64,000 bases of DNA from an uncultured Aliarcobacter sp. (GTDB lineage Bacteria > Campylobacterota > Campylobacteria > Campylobacterales > Arcobacteraceae), in contig CAXXLV010000002.1 in assembly GCA_963664305.2 (NCBI GenBank), positions 224,001 through 288,000 of the forward strand, given 5' to 3'. Of this stretch, positions 37,545 through 48,570 are shown piece after piece. Each line of letters opens with the position of its first letter. Within the stretch, counting starts at the first letter, position 1. Under the pieces are notes generated by a model. The model worked only from the letters and a program-made list of their open reading frames with translations. It searched no databases and was not told where the DNA came from. A program made the translations under genes and the position numbers.

Positions 37545-38407
37545 ATTATGAAATAAAAAATGAATATATAAAAGCAAAAATCAAATCATTGGGTGCTGAA
37601 CTAAATAGTTTACAAAAGTGTACAGATAGTTGTGAGTATATTTGGCAAGCAGATGATAAATATTGGGCAAGACATTCTCCTATACTCTTTCCAATAGTTG
37701 GAAGACTAAAAGAGGATAGTTATATTTATAAAGATAAAAAATATTCTATGTCGCAACATGGTTTTGCAAGAGATAAAGAATTTGAAGTTGTAAATAAAGA
37801 AGAGAACTTTATAGAGTTTAGACTTTGCAATGATGAAAAGAGTTTAGAAATTTATCCATTTTTGTTTGAACTAATTATTAGTTATAAAGTAGAAAAATCA
37901 AAATTAATAATCTCTTATAAAGTAAAAAATAAAAGTAATGAAATTATGTTTTTTTCAATTGGTGCACATCCTGCTTTTAATTGGAGTTTAGAAGAAAATT
38001 TAAAAAAAGAGGATTACTTTTTAGAGTTTGAAGTAACTAATTCAAAAAGATATTTTTTAGATAATTTAGGTTTAATTTATAAAAATATTGATTTGAAATT
38101 TGAAGATAAAAAACTATTTTTAAATGAAGAACTATTTAAAGATGATGCTTTAGTTTTTAATGATTCTAATATAAAACAAGTAGTTTTTAAAAGTTTAAAA
38201 AGTGATAAGTTTATAAAAGTAAATTTTGATAATTTTCCATATTTAGGTATTTGGTCAAAGCCTAGTGGTGCACCTTTTTTATGTATAGAACCTTGGTTTG
38301 GAGTTGCAGATGATGAAAATTCAAATCAAAAACTAGAAGAAAAAAGAGGGATAAATAGTTTAAAAAAAGATGAAGAATTTTCTTGTTTTTATAGTATAGA
38401 GATTTAA
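37541..38407 (+). CDS. Aldose 1-epimerase family (LacX-like)
   Basis: GAEL, PILFPIVG, HGFAR, HPAF and CIEPW motifs. Confidence 0.88.
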   Translation: MNYEIKNEYIKAKIKSLGAELNSLQKCTDSCEYIWQADDKYWARHSPILFPIVGRLKEDSYIYKDKKYSMSQHGFARDKEFEVVNKEENFIEFRLCNDEKSLEIYPFLFELIISYKVEKSKLIISYKVKNKSNEIMFFSIGAHPAFNWSLEENLKKEDYFLEFEVTNSKRYFLDNLGLIYKNIDLKFEDKKLFLNEELFKDDALVFNDSNIKQVVFKSLKSDKFIKVNFDNFPYLGIWSKPSGAPFLCIEPWFGVADDENSNQKLEEKRGINSLKKDEEFSCFYSIEI

Positions 38408-39111
38408 ATATCTTTTAAAAAACAACCATTTCCAAATGGTTGTTTTGAATAAAAAAGTTTTGAATGATTTACTATTAAGGCATGATATTCTTGATAAACA
38501 ATCACTAATTTTTTTTCATCAAAAATTTCTTTTTTTAGTTCACTTTCCATAAAATATTTTATATCATGGTATTTCACATTTTCAGGAAGCAGTTTATTAT
38601 GAACCAATAGACGTTTAGTATATGCATCTACTTTGAATTGAACTTGATTATATGCATATAAAAGTATAGAATCAGCAGTTTCAGGACCAATTCCTTTTAT
38701 AGCTAAAAGTTCTTCTCGTGTTGGAATTTTACCTTTTAGAGATTCAAAAAAATTGATAAATTCTAAAATATAATTTGATTTTTGGTTATGATACCCAGAT
38801 GGTTTGATAAGTAATCTTAACTCTTCAAGAGGTAATTCTTTGATTTTTTTATAGTTTAAAGAGTTGATATTATTTAAATTGTTTAGTGATTTTATAACAG
38901 AAGTAAATGTCGTATTTTGTGTTAAAATCGAACCTAAACAAACTTCAAATATCTCATCTTCATCTCTTGGAAAACTATAATCTAAAATATGATAACCATC
39001 GTTATTTCCCTCTTTTAAATCATTTTTTCCTTTATAATTTATAAAAGGCCACCAACCTTGGGGACCATAAGTATCATAAAGTTTTTGATAAATACTAAAA
39101 ACTTTATTCAT
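38404..39111 (-). CDS. HhH-GPD DNA glycosylase (endonuclease III-related)
   Basis: YGPQGWWP, ILTQNT, LLAIKGIGPETADSILLY, VDAY and YHALIV motifs. Confidence 0.88.
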   Translation of the reverse strand: MNKVFSIYQKLYDTYGPQGWWPFINYKGKNDLKEGNNDGYHILDYSFPRDEDEIFEVCLGSILTQNTTFTSVIKSLNNLNNINSLNYKKIKELPLEELRLLIKPSGYHNQKSNYILEFINFFESLKGKIPTREELLAIKGIGPETADSILLYAYNQVQFKVDAYTKRLLVHNKLLPENVKYHDIKYFMESELKKEIFDEKKLVIVYQEYHALIVNHSKLFYSKQPFGNGCFLKDI

Positions 39112-39114
39112 ATT

Positions 39115-39945
39115 TTAAATATTTTCTTTATTTACAGATTCATAAGCAATTAGGATTTTTTTTCGTTCAATTCCCCATCTATATCCACTCATAGCTCCAC
39201 TTTTAGCAATGACTCTATGGCAAGGAATCAAATATCCAATATGATTTCTTCCAATAGCACTTGCAATTGCTCTTACAGCTTTTGGTTTATCTAAATAATT
39301 AGCAATATCTTGATATGTTGCAACTATTCCATTTGGTAGATTTAATAAGGCTTTCCAAACATTTATTTGAAGATTTGTTCCTTTTACAAAAAGGTTATAT
39401 TTTTTATTTTTTATGAAGATATTTTCTAAGTATTCATTTGCAGCAGTTTCATCGTGAACTAAATTTGCATTTTCCCAAAGTTCATTGAAACGATTAAAAA
39501 TTTCAGTTTTATTTTCATCAATAAAACCTAGGTAGCAGATTCCTTTATCAGTAAATCCAATCAAAGCTTCACCAAAAGGAGTTTGTCCAAAACCATAAGT
39601 GATTTGTACATCTTTCCCTTTTTCTTTCCACTCTTTTGGAGTAACTCCAATCAAGTTTACAAAAAGTTCATGAAGTCTACTAGTACTTGATAGTCCAATA
39701 TCCAAACTACTATCTAGTATGGACTTGGACTCTTTTATATGCTCTTTTGCATAATTTAGCGTTACGCAATGCAAAAATTGTTTTGGAGTAACACCCACAT
39801 ACTCTTTAAATACTCTTATAAAATGAAATTTGCTCATACCTATATTTTTGGCAACTTCTTCAACACTAGGGTGTTGTTTGAAGTTTTCATCTATATATTT
39901 TATGGCTTTTTCTATTTGTTTATAAGTAGTATCTAAAGTGGGCAT
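39115..39945 (-). CDS. AraC-HTH / methylated-DNA-protein-cysteine methyltransferase (Ada-like)
   Basis: N-terminal AraC HTH (FHFIRVFKEYVGVTP); C-terminal IPCHRV active site. Confidence 0.9.
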   Translation of the reverse strand: MPTLDTTYKQIEKAIKYIDENFKQHPSVEEVAKNIGMSKFHFIRVFKEYVGVTPKQFLHCVTLNYAKEHIKESKSILDSSLDIGLSSTSRLHELFVNLIGVTPKEWKEKGKDVQITYGFGQTPFGEALIGFTDKGICYLGFIDENKTEIFNRFNELWENANLVHDETAANEYLENIFIKNKKYNLFVKGTNLQINVWKALLNLPNGIVATYQDIANYLDKPKAVRAIASAIGRNHIGYLIPCHRVIAKSGAMSGYRWGIERKKILIAYESVNKENI

Positions 39946-39967
39946 TAATACTCCATATTATAAAATC

Positions 39968-41230
39968 CTAGAAAGTCGATTGATTGTAAATCACAAAACC
40001 AGAAGCTAATTCTTCTAATTCTTTGTTGATTTTAGCATGTAATGCTGAATCTTCAATGTTATCTAATACATCACAAATTTTGTTTGCAATAATTTCAAAC
40101 TCTTTTTCTTTCATTCCACGTGCAGTTAATGCAGGACTTCCTATTCTAATCCCTGAAGTAACAAATGGACTTCTTGTCTCTCCTGGTACTGTGTTTTTAT
40201 TTACAGTAATTCCAGCATTTCCTAAAGCTGCATCTGCATCTTTTCCACTGAATGGTTTATTTAAAAATGATACTAAAATTAAGTGATTATCTGTTCCACC
40301 ACTTACAATGTCATATCCTCTTTTTGTAAGAACTTCTGCTAATACTTTTGCATTTGCTTTTACTTGTTTTGCATAATCTTTCCATGATGGATCTAAAATT
40401 TCTTTAAATGCAACAGCTTTTGCAGCAATTACATGAACAAGTGGTCCACCTTGTAATCCTGGGAAAATAGCTGAATTTATTTTTTTAGCAATCTCTTCAT
40501 CATTTGTCATAATCATACCACCTCTTGGACCTCTTAAAGTCTTGTGAGTAGTAGTTGTAACAACATCAGCATATGGGAATGGACTCATGTGTTCACCAGC
40601 AGCAACAAGTCCTGCAATGTGAGCAATATCAGCAAATAAAATAGCACCAACAGCATCAGCTATTTCTCTGAATTTTTTAAAGTCAATTTCTCTTGCGTAT
40701 GCAGAAGCACCACATACAATTATTTTTGGTTGACAAATTTTTGCAATTTCCATAACTTTGTCATAGTTGATTCTACCATCTAATTCAACACCATAATAAA
40801 AAGCAGAATAGTTTTTACCAGAGAATGAAGGTTTAGAACCATGAGTTAAATGTCCACCATGAGATAAATCCATACCTAAGATTTTATCACCAGCACTTAA
40901 TAATGCAGCATAAACAGCACCATTAGCTTGGCTTCCAGAATGAGGTTGAACATTAGCATAAGAACAACCAAAGATTTTACAAGCTCTGTCAATAGCTAAT
41001 TGCTCAACTTGGTCAGCAAATTCACAACCACCATAATATCTTTTATAAGGATAACCCTCAGCATATTTGTTAGTGAAAACAGAACCCATAGCTTGCATAA
41101 CAGCTGGAGAAGTAAAGTTCTCAGATGCAATCATTTCTAAATGGTTTGTTTGTCTTTTTAATTCGTTTTCAATTATTGAAAATACTTCATTATCTGCTTG
41201 CTCTAAATTCGCACTTGTTATATAACTCAT
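39968..41230 (-). CDS. glyA: Serine hydroxymethyltransferase
   Basis: [20 protein letters not shown] and [14 protein letters not shown] motifs. Confidence 0.98.
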   Translation of the reverse strand: MSYITSANLEQADNEVFSIIENELKRQTNHLEMIASENFTSPAVMQAMGSVFTNKYAEGYPYKRYYGGCEFADQVEQLAIDRACKIFGCSYANVQPHSGSQANGAVYAALLSAGDKILGMDLSHGGHLTHGSKPSFSGKNYSAFYYGVELDGRINYDKVMEIAKICQPKIIVCGASAYAREIDFKKFREIADAVGAILFADIAHIAGLVAAGEHMSPFPYADVVTTTTHKTLRGPRGGMIMTNDEEIAKKINSAIFPGLQGGPLVHVIAAKAVAFKEILDPSWKDYAKQVKANAKVLAEVLTKRGYDIVSGGTDNHLILVSFLNKPFSGKDADAALGNAGITVNKNTVPGETRSPFVTSGIRIGSPALTARGMKEKEFEIIANKICDVLDNIEDSALHAKINKELEELASGFVIYNQSTF

Positions 41231-41310
41231 ATTTGTTACCTCTTTAATTTAACTTTTTTATTTTGGAATAATAACTCAATTAATACTATTTAACAATCCA
41301 AAAATTGCTA

Positions 41311-41634
41311 TTATTCAGAAATTTCTTCCTCATCTTCTAGTTCTTCAATCTCTTTTACTTTTTTAATATCAGCTCTAGCAATAAGTTCTAAGTAGAAACT
41401 ATCATAACCTTCATTTGTAGCAAAATCAATAGATTTTGTTACATCAACAAATTTAATTTCATTTGCTTCATCTGCTGTTTTACCAAACTTACAATCAAAA
41501 GCCCAAAAATTAAAACCTTCAGGAGGTCTTTTACTTTTTTCTCTTTTTATATATTTTCTTACTTCATTTTTGATTGAATCAACTTGTCTATCTCTATTTT
41601 TATTTTTTACATTTATTTGGAACGTTTTTTTCAT
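41311..41634 (-). CDS. Conserved hypothetical protein (DUF6172-like)
   Basis: MKKTF...IKNEVRKYIKRE...W.FDCKFG pattern; good RBS. Confidence 0.65.
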   Translation of the reverse strand: MKKTFQINVKNKNRDRQVDSIKNEVRKYIKREKSKRPPEGFNFWAFDCKFGKTADEANEIKFVDVTKSIDFATNEGYDSFYLELIARADIKKVKEIEELEDEEEISE

Positions 41635-41763
41635 ATTAAATCCTTTGGCGCAATTATATCAAAAAAAATCAAATTACAAATTGATTATATTTTAATCAGT
41701 TCAATATAAAATAAACAATTTATTTTAAGATATAATTTTTTTTACAAAAAAAGAAAGAGGAAA

Positions 41764-43377
41764 ATGGAAAATATATTATTCACGTTATTTTTAACCATAT
41801 CAATTGCAACAATTCTAAATATCATATTAAAAAAATTTGGAATTTCTCATATCATTGGTTACATAATGACAGGGACATTGATAAGTTATGGGTTTAATTT
41901 TAACGGAGTAGATATTGGTTCTTTAGAATTAATTGCTGAGTTTGGTATTGTATTTTTGATGTTTACAATTGGTCTTGAAATGAGTGTTGATAAAATCAAA
42001 AAAATGAAAGAGATACTTTTATTAAATGGTTTTTTACAAGTAACTATTAGTGCTGCATTGATATATTTGGTTGCATTTTATGTGTTTCATTTAAGTATTG
42101 AAGTTTCACTTATAGTATCTTTGGCTTTTTCTTTATCTTCAACAGCAATTGTTTTAACATACTTAAAACAATCAAAAGATATTCATACACCTTATGGAGA
42201 AAAATCAACAGCAATTTTGATATTTCAAGATTTAGCTGTAATTCCAATCCTTTTACTTATTACATTTTTAACAAATGATACATTATCAATTAGTGAAGTT
42301 TTAACAAAAACTTTTATATCAGCTGTAATTATCATTTTGTTTATGTTTACAATTGGTAAAAAATTAATCTCTTGGCTTTTGAAATTTGCTTCAAATAGTA
42401 GAATTGAAGAGTTATTTTTAGGAGCAGTTTTATCAATCGTTATAGGAACTTCTCTTTTAGCACATGAAATGGGATTTACTTACTCTTTAGGAGCATTTAT
42501 AGCTGGAATGATAATTTCTGATACGAACTTTAGTGTGAAGGTTGAATCAGATATTGCAAGTTATAAAGATTTACTTTTAGGAGCATTTTTCTTCTCGGTT
42601 GGAACAAAAATTGATGCTTTATATTTTTTAAATAACGTGCATATTATTCTAGGTATTTTTATAGCAATTATGTTTATAAAAGCGTTAGTTGTTTATGTAA
42701 TAATTAGAAGAAAAGCTGATAAGAGTACAGCTGTAAAATCAGCCCTTGCTCTTTGTCAAGTGGGAGAGTTTTCATTTGCAATATTTGCATTAGCATCAAG
42801 TAATAATTTGATTTCTCATGAAACAGCTAGTTTCTTGATTTTAGTTTCAGTATTATCAATGATTTTAACTCCATTTATTGTAAACAATATATATAAATTG
42901 GCTTCATATGTAGTTGTTGAGTTTTATGAGTCAGATAAAATTACGCCAATTAAAGCAAAAAATCACGTTGTAATTTGTGGTTTTTCTATTTTAGGAAGAG
43001 TAATAGCACGAGATTTGAGTGAAAGAAATATTCCTTTTGTAATTATTTCAGATGATTTAAGACACGTATTACTCGGAAGAAAATTAGGATATATGGCTTA
43101 TTTTGGACACTTAGATAAACTTCCTGTTTTAGAGTCATTGAAAGTTGATGAGGCTTCAAGTGTGATTATAACAGTAAGTGACACTCATATAAAAAGATTA
43201 ATTTGTGAAGCAGTTCTAAATTTTCATAAAGAAGCTAATATTTTATTAAAAATAGAATCAATAGATGAAAAGGCTCAATTAAAAGATTTAAATATTAAAA
43301 AGTTTGTACATGCTCATATAGAAGTAGGGCGATTATTGGTAGAGGAAGCTTTGAGTGTTAGAGATGAAAACAAGTAG
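41764..43377 (+). CDS. CPA2 cation:proton antiporter (KefB/KefC-like) with KTN domain
   Basis: AEFGIVFLMFTIGLE, SSTAIV, FQD, LGAFIAG and GEFSF motifs; C-terminal HVVICG Rossmann-like domain. Confidence 0.9.
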   Translation: MENILFTLFLTISIATILNIILKKFGISHIIGYIMTGTLISYGFNFNGVDIGSLELIAEFGIVFLMFTIGLEMSVDKIKKMKEILLLNGFLQVTISAALIYLVAFYVFHLSIEVSLIVSLAFSLSSTAIVLTYLKQSKDIHTPYGEKSTAILIFQDLAVIPILLLITFLTNDTLSISEVLTKTFISAVIIILFMFTIGKKLISWLLKFASNSRIEELFLGAVLSIVIGTSLLAHEMGFTYSLGAFIAGMIISDTNFSVKVESDIASYKDLLLGAFFFSVGTKIDALYFLNNVHIILGIFIAIMFIKALVVYVIIRRKADKSTAVKSALALCQVGEFSFAIFALASSNNLISHETASFLILVSVLSMILTPFIVNNIYKLASYVVVEFYESDKITPIKAKNHVVICGFSILGRVIARDLSERNIPFVIISDDLRHVLLGRKLGYMAYFGHLDKLPVLESLKVDEASSVIITVSDTHIKRLICEAVLNFHKEANILLKIESIDEKAQLKDLNIKKFVHAHIEVGRLLVEEALSVRDENK

Positions 43378-43381
43378 ATTT

Positions 43382-43669
43382 TTAATCTTCTTGTTCTAAA
43401 TTATGTCCGTGTTCATGCTCTTCTAAATTTTGTATAATATAGTCATATATTCTTTGGTATTCACTATCAGGAGTTTTATCTTCTTCTATAACAGCTAAAA
43501 TATTTTGAAGCTCAACTAAAAACGATTCCATTTCTTCCATAGCTTCTTTGTCATCTTCAGTTTGAGAATTTGTTTCAAGAAGTTTATATAAATCCTCAAG
43601 ATATGCTTCAACTTCAGGAATCATAAGATTTTCAACTATATCTTTTAGTTTATCTTTTATAGTTTCCAT
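43382..43669 (-). CDS. Acidic hypothetical protein
   Basis: 95-aa ORF with AAAGGA RBS; no motif recognised. Confidence 0.7.
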   Translation of the reverse strand: METIKDKLKDIVENLMIPEVEAYLEDLYKLLETNSQTEDDKEAMEEMESFLVELQNILAVIEEDKTPDSEYQRIYDYIIQNLEEHEHGHNLEQED

Positions 43670-43751
43670 ATATTTCCTTTTTTTGTTTTGTAGTTTATTA
43701 TATTATCTTATTCATTTAATTTACAAATGAAATTTTTGATACAATCCCTCC

Positions 43752-44384
43752 ATGAAAAATATATTAATAATAATCAGTTTTGTTCTAACTTTAAATGCAA
43801 TAGAAATAAAGCAATTACCCTTTGATTTTGGTGAAACAAGAATTAACTTAACGAAAGAGTATATAAAAAATTCTTACGATTTAGAAGTTTCTAATATTCA
43901 TATAATTCCTAAAATAATTGTAATTCATCACACAGCAATAGATAGTTTGGAAGAATCATATGAAAGATTTAAGCCTGAAATTTTAACAAGTGATAGAAAG
44001 TATATACAAAAAGCAGGAAATCTTAATGTTTCAGCTCAATTTCTTGTAGATTTTGATGGAACAATTTATTCAACAATGCCAGAAACTTATATGGCAAGAC
44101 ATGTAATAGGGCTAAATCTTTCAAGTATTGGTATTGAAAATATTGGAGGAAATAAAAAGCCTTTAACAAAAGAGCAACTAAAAGCAAATATAAAACTTGT
44201 AAAATATTTAAAAGAGAAGTACAAAACAATAGAGTATTTGATTGGTCATTATGAATATACAAAATTTGAAAATCATTCTCTTTTTTTGGAAAAAGATAAA
44301 AATTATAGAACTATAAAACATGACCCAGATGAGAATTTTATGGAAAGTTTAAGAGCAAACTTTCCTGATTTAAAATCATTTTAA
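43752..44384 (+). CDS. N-acetylmuramoyl-L-alanine amidase (Amidase_2)
   Basis: IVIHHT, SAQFLVD.DG, ARH, SIGIEN, GH and DP Zn-amidase motifs; signal peptide. Confidence 0.87.
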   Translation: MKNILIIISFVLTLNAIEIKQLPFDFGETRINLTKEYIKNSYDLEVSNIHIIPKIIVIHHTAIDSLEESYERFKPEILTSDRKYIQKAGNLNVSAQFLVDFDGTIYSTMPETYMARHVIGLNLSSIGIENIGGNKKPLTKEQLKANIKLVKYLKEKYKTIEYLIGHYEYTKFENHSLFLEKDKNYRTIKHDPDENFMESLRANFPDLKSF

Positions 44385-45157
44385 AAGTGGTCTTTTATAT
44401 TTATTATTATTTCAAAAGCAATTAAAATGATAATAATCCATTCTAAAAAAGATGAATATCTATGCTTTTGTTCATCACCTAAAACATGTAAAAGTTCTTG
44501 AATAACTTCTAGTTTTTTATTTAGAACTTCTACTCTTGATTTTATATCAAGATATTTTATCAATTTTTCATATTGACTCTCATATTCTGGATATTCCCAA
44601 AAAAATTCAGGAGTATCAAGTAAATCATAGTGTAAATTCATTTTACTTTTTACTAAAAAAAGTTCTCCAATTTTTTTAGAAATCTCTTTTTTTGTAAGAT
44701 TTATTTTTCCAGTATGTGCTAATTGTAAAGGAATATTAGAATTATCTTCTATTGAAGTTAAAAGTTCTTTTTCAAATTGGTCAAGTTTTACGTTTTGAGC
44801 TAATGCTTGAGAAATAGCAATTTTTGAGATATTTGATAAATTATTTAGATAAATCGTATCAAAATTAATTTTAAATTCATTCTCTAAAGTATAATTTAAC
44901 TCTTCAATAAATGGAATTTCAAAACTATTTATCTCAAAATTTTTTACAAAATCCATAAAAAATTTAATATTTTCAAATTTTACATTCCAACAAATAAATA
45001 CACCATATTTAAATAAAATTATTTGTTCATCTTCTTCTAAATTTATGATAACAGCATCTTTGATTATATTACATTTATATCGCTCTTCTAGGCTTGTAAA
45101 GATATCTTTTTCAAATTTTTCACAACTTAAATAAGAGATTAGTTTTTTTGTTTGCAT
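44381..45157 (-). CDS. RMD1/DUF155 family protein
   Basis: FKYGV..WN, SQALAQNVKL, LLDTPEFFW and LEWIIIILI motifs. Confidence 0.88.
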   Translation of the reverse strand: MQTKKLISYLSCEKFEKDIFTSLEERYKCNIIKDAVIINLEEDEQIILFKYGVFICWNVKFENIKFFMDFVKNFEINSFEIPFIEELNYTLENEFKINFDTIYLNNLSNISKIAISQALAQNVKLDQFEKELLTSIEDNSNIPLQLAHTGKINLTKKEISKKIGELFLVKSKMNLHYDLLDTPEFFWEYPEYESQYEKLIKYLDIKSRVEVLNKKLEVIQELLHVLGDEQKHRYSSFLEWIIIILIAFEIIINIKDHF

Positions 45158-45269
45158 ATTTTTTCCATAAAAATAATTTATAATAATTATATAACAATTG
45201 CGTTACTTTTTAGAAACAAATTGAACACTTAAAAGAAAAATTTAAGAACAGATATGTTACCTTGAAAAA

Positions 45270-46544
45270 ATGAATGATAATATAAACACAAACTCGTATA
45301 TAGATAAATTCACATTAAATCCTGTTTCTTCTCTATTTTTTGCTATAGGTTTTTTAGCAATAGGTTATGGAATGATTTTGACTTATGTGGGAGTTTATCT
45401 AAAGAATTTAGGTTTAAATGATGCAGTCATTGGTTTGATAAATGCTTCATTTTTTTTAGGCGCCATTGGCTCCTCAATACTTAGTCAAAAAATAATATCC
45501 TCCGTCGGACATATTAGAAGTTTTACAACTTTTGCTTCTTTGATGGTTATATCTTTTTTACTACAAGCTCTCTTTTTTAATGAATATCTATGGGGATTTT
45601 TACGTTTTGTCTCTGGTTTTGCTTTTTATGCACTTTTAATAATCATCGAAAGTTGGTTAAATGAAAAAAGTAGTCAAACTCACAGAGGAAAAATACTTGC
45701 GATTTATACAATTATTTTTTATCTAGCTACTGCACTTGGACAAATATTTTTAAATATTAAAGGTGATACAACTTTTATAATTTTTATAATAGGTTCTATT
45801 TTAATCCTTTTTTCTGTTCTTTTTATATCAATGACGAAAATAAAAGAACCTATTTTAAAACCTTTTGAAAAATATAGTTTTCCTAAACTTTATAGTGTAG
45901 TTCCACTTGCTCTTACAGGAAGTTTTATTGGTGGATTTTTTGTAGGTGGCTTTTTTACAATGGTACCTATTTATTTAATGCAGAAATATTCATCTATTGA
46001 AACAGTATCTCTTTTTGTGGCTTATTCAATAATTGGAGGATTGATTTCACAATGGCCAATTGGACTTTTATCTGATAAATATGGAAGAAGAAAAATTATA
46101 GCGTACAGTGGTTTTTATATTTTTATAATATCTTTACTTTTTTTATTTTCATCATTTTTTGATGAGTATATCTATTTTTTAGGAATATTTTTAGGTTTTT
46201 CTATTTTTAGTATTTATCCTTTATCTCTTGCGCGGGCAAATGATGTCGTTGATGAAAATAAAGATATTGTTGAAATAAGTAGAACTTTACTTTTTGCCTA
46301 TGGATTAGGTTCATTCATAGCTCCTATTATTTTAGGTATTGGACTTTTTTATTATTTAGAGTTTATCTTTCTAATATTTGCTATTTTAGGAATATTTTTA
46401 GGTTTTTATTCTTTATCAAAAAAACGTGTAGCAGATGATGATATGAGTATATTTGTAAATATTCCAGTAGCTTCAGGAAGTGTAGTTGTGGAGTTAGACC
46501 CAAGACAAAATTTAGAAAAAGAAAAGGAAAATAATGAAAAATAA
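45270..46544 (+). CDS. MFS transporter (YcaD-like)
   Basis: About 12 TM; IESWLN, RGKILAIY and QWPIGLLSDKYGRR motifs. Confidence 0.88.
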   Translation: MNDNINTNSYIDKFTLNPVSSLFFAIGFLAIGYGMILTYVGVYLKNLGLNDAVIGLINASFFLGAIGSSILSQKIISSVGHIRSFTTFASLMVISFLLQALFFNEYLWGFLRFVSGFAFYALLIIIESWLNEKSSQTHRGKILAIYTIIFYLATALGQIFLNIKGDTTFIIFIIGSILILFSVLFISMTKIKEPILKPFEKYSFPKLYSVVPLALTGSFIGGFFVGGFFTMVPIYLMQKYSSIETVSLFVAYSIIGGLISQWPIGLLSDKYGRRKIIAYSGFYIFIISLLFLFSSFFDEYIYFLGIFLGFSIFSIYPLSLARANDVVDENKDIVEISRTLLFAYGLGSFIAPIILGIGLFYYLEFIFLIFAILGIFLGFYSLSKKRVADDDMSIFVNIPVASGSVVVELDPRQNLEKEKENNEK

Positions 46545-48534
46545 TTTAAAAACAACAATTTTAAAACCAGTATTTTTACCCTCAGTTATTTTTATAGTAA
46601 TATTAGTAACTTTTGCAATTTTTATACCTCAATTAGCAAATGAAGTTTTTACAAATGTTAAAAATTTTGTAGCAGATAAATTTGGATGGCTTTATATGTT
46701 AAGTGTAGGTATTTTTACTATATTTGCACTTTTTTTAGCTGTTTCTCCCTTTGGAAAATTTAAATTAGGACCAGATCAGTCAAAACCAGTTTATAGTAAT
46801 CTTTCGTGGCTTGCTATGCTTTTTTCAGCTGGAATGGGAATAGGGCTTATGTTTTGGAGTGTTGCAGAACCAGTTATGCATTATGTGTCACCTCCTGTAG
46901 GAACAGCTCAAAGTATTGATTCAGCAAAAATGGCAATGAATATTTTATTTTTCCATTGGGGATTACATGCTTGGGCAATTTATGCAATAGTTGGTCTTGT
47001 TTTAGCATATTTCTCTTTTAGACATGGTTTACCTTTATCTATTAGGTCAGCTTTATATCCCTTAATTGGAGATAGGATTTTTGGAAAGATTGGTCATAGT
47101 GTTGATACAATCGCTGTTTTAGGTACAGTTTTTGGTGTTGCTACATCTTTAGGATTTGGTGTATTACAAATTAATTCTGGATTAAACTATCTTTTTGATG
47201 TTCCTGTTGGAATTACAACTCAAATTATTTTAATAGCATTAATTACTGCAATCGCAACTATTTCAGTTGTTTTAGGTTTAGATGGAGGTATTAAAAGATT
47301 ATCTGAATTAAATCTTTATTTAGCAGTTTTTTTACTTTTATTTATATTTTTAGCTGGACCTACATTTTTTTTATTAAATACATTAATTCAAAATATTGGT
47401 TCATATTTTTCAAATATCGTATTTATGACTTTTAACCAATACTCGTATGATATAACTTCTTCTTGGATGAGTTCTTGGACTCTATTTTATTGGGCTTGGT
47501 GGATAGCTTGGGCTCCCTTTGTTGGAATGTTTATAGCAAGAGTTTCAAGGGGAAGAACAATTAGAGAGTTTGTTATTGGAGTTTTATTTGTACCCGTTGG
47601 ATTTACTTTTATTTGGATGACAGTCTTTGGAAATAGTGCTTTATATTCTATTATGAATGAAAGTTTTACTCTTTTATCAACTGCTGTTTCAGCTGATGTT
47701 TCAACAGCACTTTTTAAATTTTTAGAGCATTTTCCATTTTCAAATTTTGTATCTATTATTGCAATTATTTTAGTAGTTACATTTTTTGTTACATCTTCTG
47801 ATTCTGGTTCTTTAGTTGTAGATACAATAGCTTCAGGGGGAAGAGTAAATAATCCAGTTTGGCAAAGAATATTTTGGGCTCTTAGTCAAGGAGTTGTAGC
47901 AATTGCTCTTTTACTAGCAGGTGGTCTTCAAACTTTACAATCAGCATCAATAATCATAGCTTTGCCTTTTGTTTTTGTTATGTTAATTGCTTGTTGGGGA
48001 ACTTATAAGGCTTTAAGTTTAGAAACAATTAGAAATGAAAGTTTACAACATCATATGAATGCTGGTCGTCATGGAAAAATAAGTGGAACATGGCAATCAA
48101 GATTAAGTAGAATAATAGAATTTCCAAAAGTTGAAGAGACGAAAAGATTTATAAATGAAGATGTTATAAGTGCAATGAATTTAGTGAAAAATGAACTTTC
48201 TAAATATTCATGGAATGTGGAAGTTTCAAATGATAAAATAAATGCAATTTCAATTATAAGAGTTGAACACTCTGATGATTTTGACTTTATTTATGAAGTT
48301 AGAGCAAAAAATTATGATACTCCAAGTTATGCTTATCCTGAATCAGTAAATCCTACAAAAGCACAAAAAAAATATGCAAGAGCCGAAGTTTTTTTACAAG
48401 ATGGAAATAAAGCTTATGATATTTATGGATATGATGAAGATGTGATAGCAACGGATATAATTGACCAGTTTGAAAAACATAGACACTTTTTAAATAATAC
48501 TTCTAGTTTAAATCCAGTAGTACCAATTAATTAA
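46534..48534 (+). CDS. betT: BCCT-family choline/betaine transporter with long C-terminal domain
   Basis: AMLFSAGMGIGL, FHWGLHAW, WTLFYWAWW.AWAPFVGMFIARVSRGRT; BetT-like C-terminal GYD...IIDQFEKH. Confidence 0.85.
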   Translation: MKNNLKTTILKPVFLPSVIFIVILVTFAIFIPQLANEVFTNVKNFVADKFGWLYMLSVGIFTIFALFLAVSPFGKFKLGPDQSKPVYSNLSWLAMLFSAGMGIGLMFWSVAEPVMHYVSPPVGTAQSIDSAKMAMNILFFHWGLHAWAIYAIVGLVLAYFSFRHGLPLSIRSALYPLIGDRIFGKIGHSVDTIAVLGTVFGVATSLGFGVLQINSGLNYLFDVPVGITTQIILIALITAIATISVVLGLDGGIKRLSELNLYLAVFLLLFIFLAGPTFFLLNTLIQNIGSYFSNIVFMTFNQYSYDITSSWMSSWTLFYWAWWIAWAPFVGMFIARVSRGRTIREFVIGVLFVPVGFTFIWMTVFGNSALYSIMNESFTLLSTAVSADVSTALFKFLEHFPFSNFVSIIAIILVVTFFVTSSDSGSLVVDTIASGGRVNNPVWQRIFWALSQGVVAIALLLAGGLQTLQSASIIIALPFVFVMLIACWGTYKALSLETIRNESLQHHMNAGRHGKISGTWQSRLSRIIEFPKVEETKRFINEDVISAMNLVKNELSKYSWNVEVSNDKINAISIIRVEHSDDFDFIYEVRAKNYDTPSYAYPESVNPTKAQKKYARAEVFLQDGNKAYDIYGYDEDVIATDIIDQFEKHRHFLNNTSSLNPVVPIN

Positions 48535-48538
48535 GATT

Positions 48539-48570
48539 AACAATCAGAAGTTTTAAGACTTCTGATTGTT
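48539..48570. terminator. Bidirectional intrinsic terminator
   Basis: AACAATCAGAAGT-TTTAAG-ACTTCTGATTGTT between convergent genes. Confidence 0.75.
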
